Origin: a virus
Strand: one strand, 5' to 3'
Length of the DNA stretch: 64,000 nt
Virus record (IMG/VR): IMGVR_UViG_3300029999_000002
Location: 1 to 64,000 of that record
The position numbers and the translations under genes are program-made. Position 1 is the stretch's first letter, and every line of letters begins with the position of its first letter. The notes under the pieces were generated by a model. That model saw nothing but the letters and a program-made list of their open reading frames with translations. It made no database searches and had not been told where the DNA came from. This document shows, piece after piece, positions 27,495-35,686 of the stretch.

Positions 27495-27859
27495 GCCCTG
27501 CTGCTCATTGGTCGCTCCTGTGGTCGATGGCGAGATTTGATCTGCGCCTAAGTGATGATGAGTTCTTCTCACTTACGCCCAGGCAATTCTGGGCGCTCAC
27601 CCAGAGGAAAAAAGAAGAGAACGAGCGCGCCGAACTACTAATGGGGATTCAGACCTCAGTTCTCGCCAATCACTCAATGAGTCCTCCGAAGAAGCCATAC
27701 GCGCCCCATGACTTCATGCCCTCAAAGCAGAAAGAAAAGGTGCAGAAGCCGAAGCGCTTCAATAGGCAGAAGTTTGCAAACGAGATCCGAACAGTCATGA
27801 AGATGCTGCCTGCGGATAGAGTGAAGTTCATTCCCGCTGCACCCAAGACTGAAGACTAG
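27461..27859 (+). CDS. tail assembly chaperone extension (gpGT) reached by -1 frameshift
   Basis: A-AAC-CCT heptamer at 27461-67 in frame; the -1 frame is open into L.LS..EFFSLTPRQF. Confidence 0.8.
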   Translation, partial: KPSSGAAGPELSPAAHWSLLWSMARFDLRLSDDEFFSLTPRQFWALTQRKKEENERAELLMGIQTSVLANHSMSPPKKPYAPHDFMPSKQKEKVQKPKRFNRQKFANEIRTVMKMLPADRVKFIPAAPKTED

Positions 27860-27868
27860 GAGGAAGCC

Positions 27869-28639
27869 ATGCTCGACCCAGAAAGCGGCATCGAGTATGG
27901 CTTTATCTACCGACTGACAAATACGGTCAATGGGAAGGTCTACATAGGGCAAACCCTGTACTCCGTGAAGAGGCGCTGGCAGGGCCATTGTCAAGTTGCT
28001 GGAAAGAATCCTAAGTGGAGATTATCCAAGGCAATTGTAAAGTATGGTGCGGAAGTCTTCAAAGTTGAAGCATTAGCTTACATACCAGGAACGTGGCTTA
28101 ATCATGTTGAGACAGCCTGCATTGACATTTATGACTCGATGAGGAATGGCTACAACATGCGCGCCGATGGTAGCAGGATCTCGCCCGATGTTCGGAAGAG
28201 GATGAGTGAAGCGCATATTGGTAGGCCCTCTAATCGCAAAGGCAAGAAGAATGATCCAGTACAGATGGAAGCCCTTAGACAATCCAATATAGGTCGGTTA
28301 GCTTCCCCAGAGACAAAAGCAAAGATGGCTGCCTCCCAACGGGCTCGGCGTATATCTAGTCCTGAATCCTATAAGAAATCAGATGAGCAAAAGGAACGTG
28401 CGAGGGTCACCCAGACAGGAAAGAGGATGTCTGCTGAGACTTTGGTTCGCATGAGTCTTGCAAAACTAGGTAAGACGAAGAGTGAAGAGACCAAACAGAG
28501 AATGAAGGATGCCTGGAAGCTCCGCGCTCCACGTAAGCCTATAACGGATGAACAGAGACGCAACCTGAGTGTAGCCATTCAAGCAGCGTGGGATAGGCGA
28601 AGAGCCGCTAAGGAGATCGTCCAATGTCAATCCGTCTAG
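27869..28639 (+). mobile_element. second free-standing GIY-YIG homing endonuclease with NUMOD3-like repeats
   Basis: GFIYRLTNTVNGKVYIGQT...RW..H, NGYNM, SEETKQRM repeats. Confidence 0.9.
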
Positions 28640-31600
28640 GCCAAATTGTTGTCGATCTTACGGCGAACACTGTGTCATTTTCGCAAGGAATGGACAAAGC
28701 ATCACAGATTGCGCTCAACAGTTCTAAGAATATTCAGCGTTCTCTCAACATGGTATCCGTAAGCGCAGCCGCAATGGCTTCCTCCATTATTGGATCGTTT
28801 ACGATTGCTATTGACAAAGCTCAGAACTTTGCATTCCAGATTCAGAAGTCTGCACAGCAAGTAGGCTCCAGTTCCGAGATGTTCTCCAAGCTTGCATACA
28901 ATGCAAAGCTCGTCGGTACGCCGATGGAAACACTCTCGATGGCCATGATGAGAATGGCTAGAACGTCGACTGCTGCTCAGGCTGGTACCAAAGAGTCAAT
29001 TGGAGCCTATGCTGCACTCGGTATCACGGTCAAGATGCTCCAAGGTCCTCTCAAGGACTCTGGTAACCTCTTCGTTGCTGTTGCCAAGGGCCTAGATAAG
29101 TATGCTGACTCCAGCGCCAAGACTGGACTGGAGCAGAAGCTCCTGGGTCGCTCTGGCGCCATGTTGGCACCTCTCCTGAAACAAGTTGCTACCGGATTTG
29201 ACACAGCTTCTCAAGCAGCTACTATCTTCGGGGTAGTCGTTGGTGACAAGGCTGCTGCCCAGGCACTCCAACTGCACCAATCTCTGGAGATGCTGGAATC
29301 AATCTCAATGGGCTTTGCTCTCAGATTGCTAACAGGTGTGTCGCCTGCTCTGCAGGATGCAGCCAGTAAGATCATCAAGTTTGCAACAAGTGCCAACGGC
29401 ATGAAGACAGTGGCGAACATCGCTGAAGGCATCTCGAAGACAATCTATGGTGTGGGTAATGCTTTTGTGTTTCTGGTGCAGCACGCTGGGGCAGTGAAAG
29501 CTATTCTGGAAGGTATAGTTGCCGTCAAGGTAGCCTCGTTCTTCATTCCTCTGATTGCCAGTGCTGCTACAGCAGACGGTGCCCTCGTGGGTATGGGCAT
29601 GGCTGCTGTAGCAGCAGTTGGAAGAGTATCAGGCATTGGAGCAATCGCCAGGGTATTTGTACCAATCATCGCTGGAGCGTGGGGAACGACAACCGCGCTG
29701 CTCAGTCTTGCAGCCAGTGAAGGTGTTGCTGCGACCGCGTCCTATGCGTTTAGCACGGCATTCGGTTCCATCAAGGCTGCCCTGGTAGCAAACCCGATCA
29801 CAGCCATTCTGGTTGGTTCGTTTGCGGTACTCGCTGGGGTCTTCCATAGCACGCTGAAGGAAGCACAGAGCCTATCTGGTGGCGCAGCACAGTCCACGGA
29901 CATCTGGACAGCTGCAATCAACCAGTTGACAGACAAGTACCGGATGCTCCATCTTGCGATGGACAAGGTAACAGGCAAGCCGCTCACAATTGATGACAAG
30001 AGCGCACAGGACACGATTGCCAAGTATGGTCTACTCGGTAAGACCATGGCTCAGGCCACGGCTGATGCAGCAAAGGATCGTCAGGCTGCACAATCAAAGT
30101 CACAAGCAGATGCTCCAAAGCTTCCTGATACCAGGCCTGATGCCCCAGTTGTTCCCAAGGCTGCTTCCGATAAGACAGACCACCTAAAGTTGAAGATGCT
30201 TGAACTGGCTGAAGCGGCTAAAGCTGCTCACCAGACGCTGGCTGATGCCGGCAAGGGTGTGGACTTCGAGCGCGCCGGGGACATCACCAAAGAGTACACG
30301 AAGGTCATTGCTGAACTCGACCCACAACTCAAGAAGCTGAACGCAACACAGCGTGCAGCGGCCGAGGCTGCGATCAAGGCGAGTGTCACGACCATTGTCA
30401 ATGATAACTCTCAGGCAAAGTACAAAGATGAACTCGACAAATCCACTGATTCCCTTCTGGGACAGGCTGCTGCACAGCGGATACTCACTGATGCCATTGG
30501 CAAGGGTGCTGCTGCTGTTCGCGCTGCACAAATGGCAGCTGCAGCCGCGCAGAGGGATCAGGGTAAGAGCAAGGACTGGGCAGCCGCTAATTCTGGATTG
30601 CTCAAGACGAACGATGATGCCACGCAGGCTGTCAAGGATCAGTCGAATGATACCACTGACAAGACAAACCTGCTAGGAATCACGCGTCAGATTGATGCTC
30701 AGAAATTGCTCAATGCGGCAATCATGCAGGGCAAGGAAGCAAGAGAACAAGCTGCTCAGACCAACGAGGAGCAGTCTCTCCGCAATGCCTACGCTGATCG
30801 CGGTGATAAGGACAAAGATGGTTCCCTTGAGTCGCAGCTTGCGATGAACAAGGAACTATTCAACATCAAGAAGCAAGAGGCTGCTCTGGAGAGCGCCCGT
30901 GCGATGAATCCTGCTGCAGTTTATCAGGAAGAAGCAATGGCGCTGGAACGTGTCGCTAAGGCCGCGCGTGATGCTGGGCAGGCTGTTGACACTATGCAGC
31001 TTGCTGCTGCCAGCAAACGAAGCTGGGATGAATATCTGTCATCTGTTGATAGAGTGAATCTGGCTGTTGGTAATCTTGGTGACGGTGTTGGTACCTTCTT
31101 CCGGCAGATGGCAAGAGAGACTGAATCGGCTGCTCAGCAGATACACGATGTGCTCTCTAAGGCTTTCGATTCGATCAATGATGTGCTTGTGAGAATGTTG
31201 GACGGGCAAAAGAACAGTTTTGCTCAATTCTTCCGTTCTATCTCGCAGCAGTTAGCCAAGATTGCACTTCAGAAGACTGAGGCTGCAGTTGCTGGCTCTA
31301 TTACCAAGGCTATAGGCAGTGGAGACCACACGAAGCCCACAGGCCCAGCCAGTGGCATTATGGCTGCGCTGACAGGTGGTAACAAGCAGGGTCCAAACCC
31401 GCTCATCGCATTACAGAAGACCGCTAACGATTACCTGAAGATGATTGCAGAGAAGATGACTGCTGCGACGGGTACCGGAACTGGAACGACAGCTGGTGCC
31501 GTAGCTCCCCCAGCGGGTGCTGTAGGTGCTGGTCTGGGAGCCATAACAGGTGGTCTGAGTACGTCAAGCAATTCAGCAGTGGGTACAACGGCATCTGCTG

Positions 31601-31941
31601 TGCGAGGGTTCCTTCCTCTACTCAGCCTGATCCCAGGCATGCCAACAGGTCTGTTTGGTGGTCACTTCGCCACTGGTGGTGATGTAACGGCCGGCATGTC
31701 ATATGACGTGGGCGAGATGGGACGTGAGACGTTCACTCCTTCTGTGAATGGACGAATCACTCCTAACAGCAAGTTGGGCGGTGGTCACACGATCAACATT
31801 GATGCTCGTGGTGCAAATGATCCAGCGCAGGTTAACGCAGCTGTGCACCGTGCCATGGCTCAGTATGGACCGCTGCTGGTCAAGGCAAGTGCAACAAGCC
31901 AGCATGATCGGCAACGAAGAATGCCGAGTGGTAGTAGGTAA
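28624..31941 (+). CDS. tape measure protein
   Basis: 1105 aa Ala-rich helical protein; LGQIVVDLTANT..F start; FATGG.V......VGE.GRE.F.P...G.I.PN end. Confidence 0.92.
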   Translation: MSIRLGQIVVDLTANTVSFSQGMDKASQIALNSSKNIQRSLNMVSVSAAAMASSIIGSFTIAIDKAQNFAFQIQKSAQQVGSSSEMFSKLAYNAKLVGTPMETLSMAMMRMARTSTAAQAGTKESIGAYAALGITVKMLQGPLKDSGNLFVAVAKGLDKYADSSAKTGLEQKLLGRSGAMLAPLLKQVATGFDTASQAATIFGVVVGDKAAAQALQLHQSLEMLESISMGFALRLLTGVSPALQDAASKIIKFATSANGMKTVANIAEGISKTIYGVGNAFVFLVQHAGAVKAILEGIVAVKVASFFIPLIASAATADGALVGMGMAAVAAVGRVSGIGAIARVFVPIIAGAWGTTTALLSLAASEGVAATASYAFSTAFGSIKAALVANPITAILVGSFAVLAGVFHSTLKEAQSLSGGAAQSTDIWTAAINQLTDKYRMLHLAMDKVTGKPLTIDDKSAQDTIAKYGLLGKTMAQATADAAKDRQAAQSKSQADAPKLPDTRPDAPVVPKAASDKTDHLKLKMLELAEAAKAAHQTLADAGKGVDFERAGDITKEYTKVIAELDPQLKKLNATQRAAAEAAIKASVTTIVNDNSQAKYKDELDKSTDSLLGQAAAQRILTDAIGKGAAAVRAAQMAAAAAQRDQGKSKDWAAANSGLLKTNDDATQAVKDQSNDTTDKTNLLGITRQIDAQKLLNAAIMQGKEAREQAAQTNEEQSLRNAYADRGDKDKDGSLESQLAMNKELFNIKKQEAALESARAMNPAAVYQEEAMALERVAKAARDAGQAVDTMQLAAASKRSWDEYLSSVDRVNLAVGNLGDGVGTFFRQMARETESAAQQIHDVLSKAFDSINDVLVRMLDGQKNSFAQFFRSISQQLAKIALQKTEAAVAGSITKAIGSGDHTKPTGPASGIMAALTGGNKQGPNPLIALQKTANDYLKMIAEKMTAATGTGTGTTAGAVAPPAGAVGAGLGAITGGLSTSSNSAVGTTASAVRGFLPLLSLIPGMPTGLFGGHFATGGDVTAGMSYDVGEMGRETFTPSVNGRITPNSKLGGGHTINIDARGANDPAQVNAAVHRAMAQYGPLLVKASATSQHDRQRRMPSGSR

Positions 31942-31944
31942 ACA

Positions 31945-31973
31945 AAAGACCCACCGTGACTATACCGGTGGGC
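31945..31973. repeat. hairpin A1 (homologous to A2 at 33935)
   Basis: CCCACCG-TGACTATAC-CGGTGGG; no plus-strand U tract. Confidence 0.7.
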
Positions 31974-31990
31974 ACGCATTGGAGACATAA

Positions 31991-33910
31991 ATGAAGAAGC
32001 TGATGACACTGCTGTTTGCAGTCGTGATGTTGTTTGGTGCACAGTATGCGCGCGCAACAGGACCCGCTGGGACACTCAATGTCGTGGCTTACAACGTCCT
32101 GGATTCAACGGGGACTCCGCTCGTTAGTGGTACTGTGTACTTCGCGCCAGTGGATGGCAGTGGTAACCCTTTGTCATACAGGCTGGGCAGCTTGGGGCAG
32201 GCAATAAGTTCTCCGGTCTCGGCGCCAATTGTCAATGGAGCTTTTTCACTCAATCTTCCTAACGTATCGCTCACAAACCCTGTGAACGTTTGCTTCAACA
32301 CGACAATCATCAATAATAGCAATGGGCAGAGTGTGCTGGGCGGAGGATATACTTGTGTCCAACCAAATCCCTCATTGGGGTGGTGCAATACAACGACTTG
32401 CGACTTTGATAACTATCCCCCAAACGAAGCGGGTATTGGGATCGTCTACCCTGCTACTGTTTCAATTGGCACTGTGACGACAGGAACGCCTGGGTCTTCG
32501 GCGTCTGCAACAATGAGTGGTACACCTTCAGCAGCTGTCTTGAATCTCACGTTGCCTCAGGGCATTCAAGGACCGATAGGCGCTCCTACCAGTGGCGTCA
32601 ATTTGTCTACAACTTCTTTGCAGATGATGCTTGGCCCTTTGAATAGTGCCGGGTTCAATGGTCTTGTAAATGCTGCTGTGCTGACAGGTTCAGACATCGG
32701 TGCAAAGATCAATAGCTTCGGCCCAACCGGAACACTATGGATTCCCGAAGGCACTTATAGCTTTTCCACGCCTATCTCCATCACACTCACCAACACGAAT
32801 AATTTGCATATCATCTGTGCCTCACACAACACTATCCTGAATTACACGGGAACGGGTGACGCAGTATATGTAAATGGGCAATTAGCCAATGGACAGTTTC
32901 ACATGGAGAACTGCCAGCTTAACGGTAACTCCGGTGCAACAAACGGTGTCCACTTATTTGACACAGCAAATGCAAGATTAACAAACATGGTGGTTTCAGG
33001 ATTCACTCTTGGTTCTGGTATATATGGCCAGGGATCTCTGCTGGGTATGTTTATTGGCAATGGAGTGACGAGCAACAAGTATGGTGTGCGGTTGCAACCC
33101 GATACCACTAACAATTATGCAGCCAACCGCAATAGTGTTATAGGGGGCTCGCTTGGGTACAACACATCCTTTAATTTTTGGGATGAGGGAAACTCCAGCA
33201 ACTATGGTGGGGATAGCAGTAATGTCTTGGATGGTGTAACGCTAGAAGAGAACGCTAATGTTGTTCAGTTCCTGGTTGAAGGTACATGGAACGATGCTAT
33301 CGTAAATAGCTATATTGAAAACAATTTTGGCACATCTACATCCAGTTTACCCACCGGAATTGTAGGCAACATTGCGAGCAGTGGGTACGGGTCCAATGCA
33401 ACATACACGGCAGTTGATTTTTCGTTCTCCAATAATTATGTAACTTCAGTATTAGCCGGGTCAGGGTTTGTCACTGAGACTTTACTTGCGGAGAACACAA
33501 CTGCATTAACTGTGACAACTATATCTGACACGGGATCTCCTAGTTACTTTGTAAACTTCAACGCTAGCGGTACTAATTCCTATACATCAATTGGAGTTTC
33601 TGAGGACAGTTGGAAAACTGCACCCTACTTGAATTTACCGACAGATGCGATAGCTTGGACGTTTCAGCAGACACCAGGGTCTTCAGGGTTTACAGGGTCA
33701 CCAACAGGATTGATTCTGGGTAGCTTGACAACGACAAAGACGGTCTCAAATGCCCTCATCCAGAATGGTGCAGCGCCTACAGTGGGTAGTGGTCAGATTT
33801 CTATTGGTGCTACTACAAATGGGGCCGCAGCATGTGGTTCTATTGTTGGAGCGGCCGGTTGCATTGTTTTCAATCTAGGTGGGGTAACTCACTATTTCCC
33901 TTACTGGTAG
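31991..33910 (+). CDS. fibre/spike-like protein with Sec signal peptide and beta-helix (pectin-lyase-like) domain
   Basis: MKKLMTLLFAVVMLFGAQYARA; IPEGTY and LNYTGTGDAV beta-helix cap; C-terminal GC.V.N..G..HY.PYW. Confidence 0.7.
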   Translation: MKKLMTLLFAVVMLFGAQYARATGPAGTLNVVAYNVLDSTGTPLVSGTVYFAPVDGSGNPLSYRLGSLGQAISSPVSAPIVNGAFSLNLPNVSLTNPVNVCFNTTIINNSNGQSVLGGGYTCVQPNPSLGWCNTTTCDFDNYPPNEAGIGIVYPATVSIGTVTTGTPGSSASATMSGTPSAAVLNLTLPQGIQGPIGAPTSGVNLSTTSLQMMLGPLNSAGFNGLVNAAVLTGSDIGAKINSFGPTGTLWIPEGTYSFSTPISITLTNTNNLHIICASHNTILNYTGTGDAVYVNGQLANGQFHMENCQLNGNSGATNGVHLFDTANARLTNMVVSGFTLGSGIYGQGSLLGMFIGNGVTSNKYGVRLQPDTTNNYAANRNSVIGGSLGYNTSFNFWDEGNSSNYGGDSSNVLDGVTLEENANVVQFLVEGTWNDAIVNSYIENNFGTSTSSLPTGIVGNIASSGYGSNATYTAVDFSFSNNYVTSVLAGSGFVTETLLAENTTALTVTTISDTGSPSYFVNFNASGTNSYTSIGVSEDSWKTAPYLNLPTDAIAWTFQQTPGSSGFTGSPTGLILGSLTTTKTVSNALIQNGAAPTVGSGQISIGATTNGAAACGSIVGAAGCIVFNLGGVTHYFPYW

Positions 33911-33934
33911 TAGCTGTTCTTAGCCTGATCAATC

Positions 33935-33972
33935 AAAGCCCACTGTGAGTATCCCGGTGGGCTTTTTGTTTT
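33935..33972 (+). terminator. hairpin A2, bidirectional terminator
   Basis: AAAGCCCACTG-TGAGTATCC-CGGTGGGCTTTTTGTTTT. Confidence 0.8.
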
Positions 33973-34019
33973 AACCACCGCTTATCGCGGAAAAGGGGAT
34001 CGCCATCACATACCAACCT

Positions 34020-34676
34020 ATGACCATTCCGGACTTCACAGCGGTCACTGTGTTCAACGGCTGGAACGTGATGCCGATGCCTCTCTATCCCGGCTTCAGA
34101 GATGTTGAGTTCACAGTCAATGACACGGTGGCGCAGGTTGCCAACCCATTCACGCAGCAGAGTCAGTTTCAATCATGGCCCGGTGGTGACTTTTGGGCTG
34201 GAACACTCACACTTCCCAAGATGAATCGTGCCTCGGCCGCTCAGTGGATTGCATTCCTGATGGCAGCACGAGGCTCAGCTAATTGCTTCCTGGTGGGTGA
34301 CCCTTCCATGAAGAACCCACAGGGATCTCCCACAGGCTCCATGGTGGCCAACACGACTGGCTCTAACAACGCAGCCATGACTACTTCCCTGTTCGTCTCT
34401 GGCCTCGTAGCGCTATCCACTCGCAACCTCCTGCCTGGAGATCAGATTCAGGTTGGTAACAGGCTGCACACATGTTTGAACACGGTGAACGCTGATGCAA
34501 GTGGTAATGCCAACATCGGAATTTGGCCAAGCCTCAGAGAGATTCCAACTAATGGAGAGGCCATTATCACCAACCATCCAAAGGGACTCTTCAGATTGGC
34601 GACTAACGCGCGCACATGGAGTGTAGATGAGACTCGTCTGTTCGGGTTGAGCTTCAAGATTGTAGAGGCCAAATAG
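34020..34676 (+). CDS. distal tail protein (Dit-like)
   Basis: NPFT.Q.Q...WPG..W...LTLP.M....A..W.AFL...RG; IWP.LR; position. Confidence 0.8.
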   Translation: MTIPDFTAVTVFNGWNVMPMPLYPGFRDVEFTVNDTVAQVANPFTQQSQFQSWPGGDFWAGTLTLPKMNRASAAQWIAFLMAARGSANCFLVGDPSMKNPQGSPTGSMVANTTGSNNAAMTTSLFVSGLVALSTRNLLPGDQIQVGNRLHTCLNTVNADASGNANIGIWPSLREIPTNGEAIITNHPKGLFRLATNARTWSVDETRLFGLSFKIVEAK

Positions 34677-34677
34677 C

Positions 34678-35232
34678 ATGTCACGACAACTGGACCCCTC
34701 TCTAGCTTCTGCGCTGTCTGATGGCATCATCTATCCCATCGTTCTTGTGATGCTGACCTTCGCATCAAGTACGAAGTATGTGTGGAGCGGCGTAGGCAAT
34801 TTTGTCTATAACGGCAACACCTATCTGGGTGTTGGATCTCTGGGCAGCATCAGCACGATTAGTGAAGGCTCCGAAGTGCAGGCAGATGGAATCAACCTGA
34901 AGCTATCAGGTATCGATCCTGTCTTCATGGGCGAGTGCATGGCTGACATTCAGCTGGGTGCACCTGCAAAGGTGTGGTTTGCCCTCGTGAGTGAAGGTGC
35001 CATTATTGGCTCCCCATATCTCATCTTCAGTGGCAACGTAGACCAGCCAAAGTTCAACACTTCTGCTGATGAGTGCTCGATAACTCTTTCACTAGAGAAC
35101 GAGTTGGTGAACCTTCAGAGAGCTAGTCAGCGCAGGTATACGAGTGCTGACCAAAGAAATTTTTATCCCAACGACACTGCATTCGGTTGGGTAGAACAGC
35201 TAAATGACCAGGCGCTTGTCTGGGGAACCTAG
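34678..35232 (+). CDS. minor tail / hub protein
   Basis: W.G.G....G.TY.GVG.LG.I..I.E, L.LSGI, RYT..DQ...YP.D..F. Confidence 0.8.
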   Translation: MSRQLDPSLASALSDGIIYPIVLVMLTFASSTKYVWSGVGNFVYNGNTYLGVGSLGSISTISEGSEVQADGINLKLSGIDPVFMGECMADIQLGAPAKVWFALVSEGAIIGSPYLIFSGNVDQPKFNTSADECSITLSLENELVNLQRASQRRYTSADQRNFYPNDTAFGWVEQLNDQALVWGT

Positions 35233-35242
35233 AGGAGACATC

Positions 35243-35683
35243 GTGGCATTAGTACGCAAAGATCATTGGGCCACGCGCTCCTATCATCAGTTCCTTATAG
35301 ACAACAAAGACAAGACATTCGAGTGGGGGTCCTGGGACTGCACAACATTCTGCGCCAATGCAATTGAGGCTATGACAGGTGTCGACATCGCTGATGAAGT
35401 TCGTGGAAAGTACACAACCGCTATTGGTGCCATGAAGCTAATCAAGTCACTTACTGGTGGAACTACTGTTGCTGATGCGGTTGCATACTGTGCGCAAAAG
35501 CATGGCCTTCCAGAACTTGAGAAGCCCAAGTTTGCAAAGCGTGGGGACGTGGTTGTCATCAAGAATGGTGATGACTTGATTGCAGGCATGGTGCACCTCA
35601 ATGGCAGGCATGTGATCTGTGTATCTGAGACGGGACTTGTTCGTCTATCGATTGAAAACGTACAGAGAGCATGGAGTGTATAG
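35243..35683 (+). CDS. NlpC/P60-like tail tip assembly protein
   Basis: FEWGSWDC..F.A..IEAMTG.D, A.RGDVV; GTG start with GGAG RBS. Confidence 0.8.
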   Translation: MALVRKDHWATRSYHQFLIDNKDKTFEWGSWDCTTFCANAIEAMTGVDIADEVRGKYTTAIGAMKLIKSLTGGTTVADAVAYCAQKHGLPELEKPKFAKRGDVVVIKNGDDLIAGMVHLNGRHVICVSETGLVRLSIENVQRAWSV

Positions 35684-35686
35684 GCT

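Noticed and set aside
33999-34020. Possible ATC start for the distal tail gene (IAITYQPM)
   Set aside because: A normal ATG at 34020 is available and there is no way to discriminate from sequence alone
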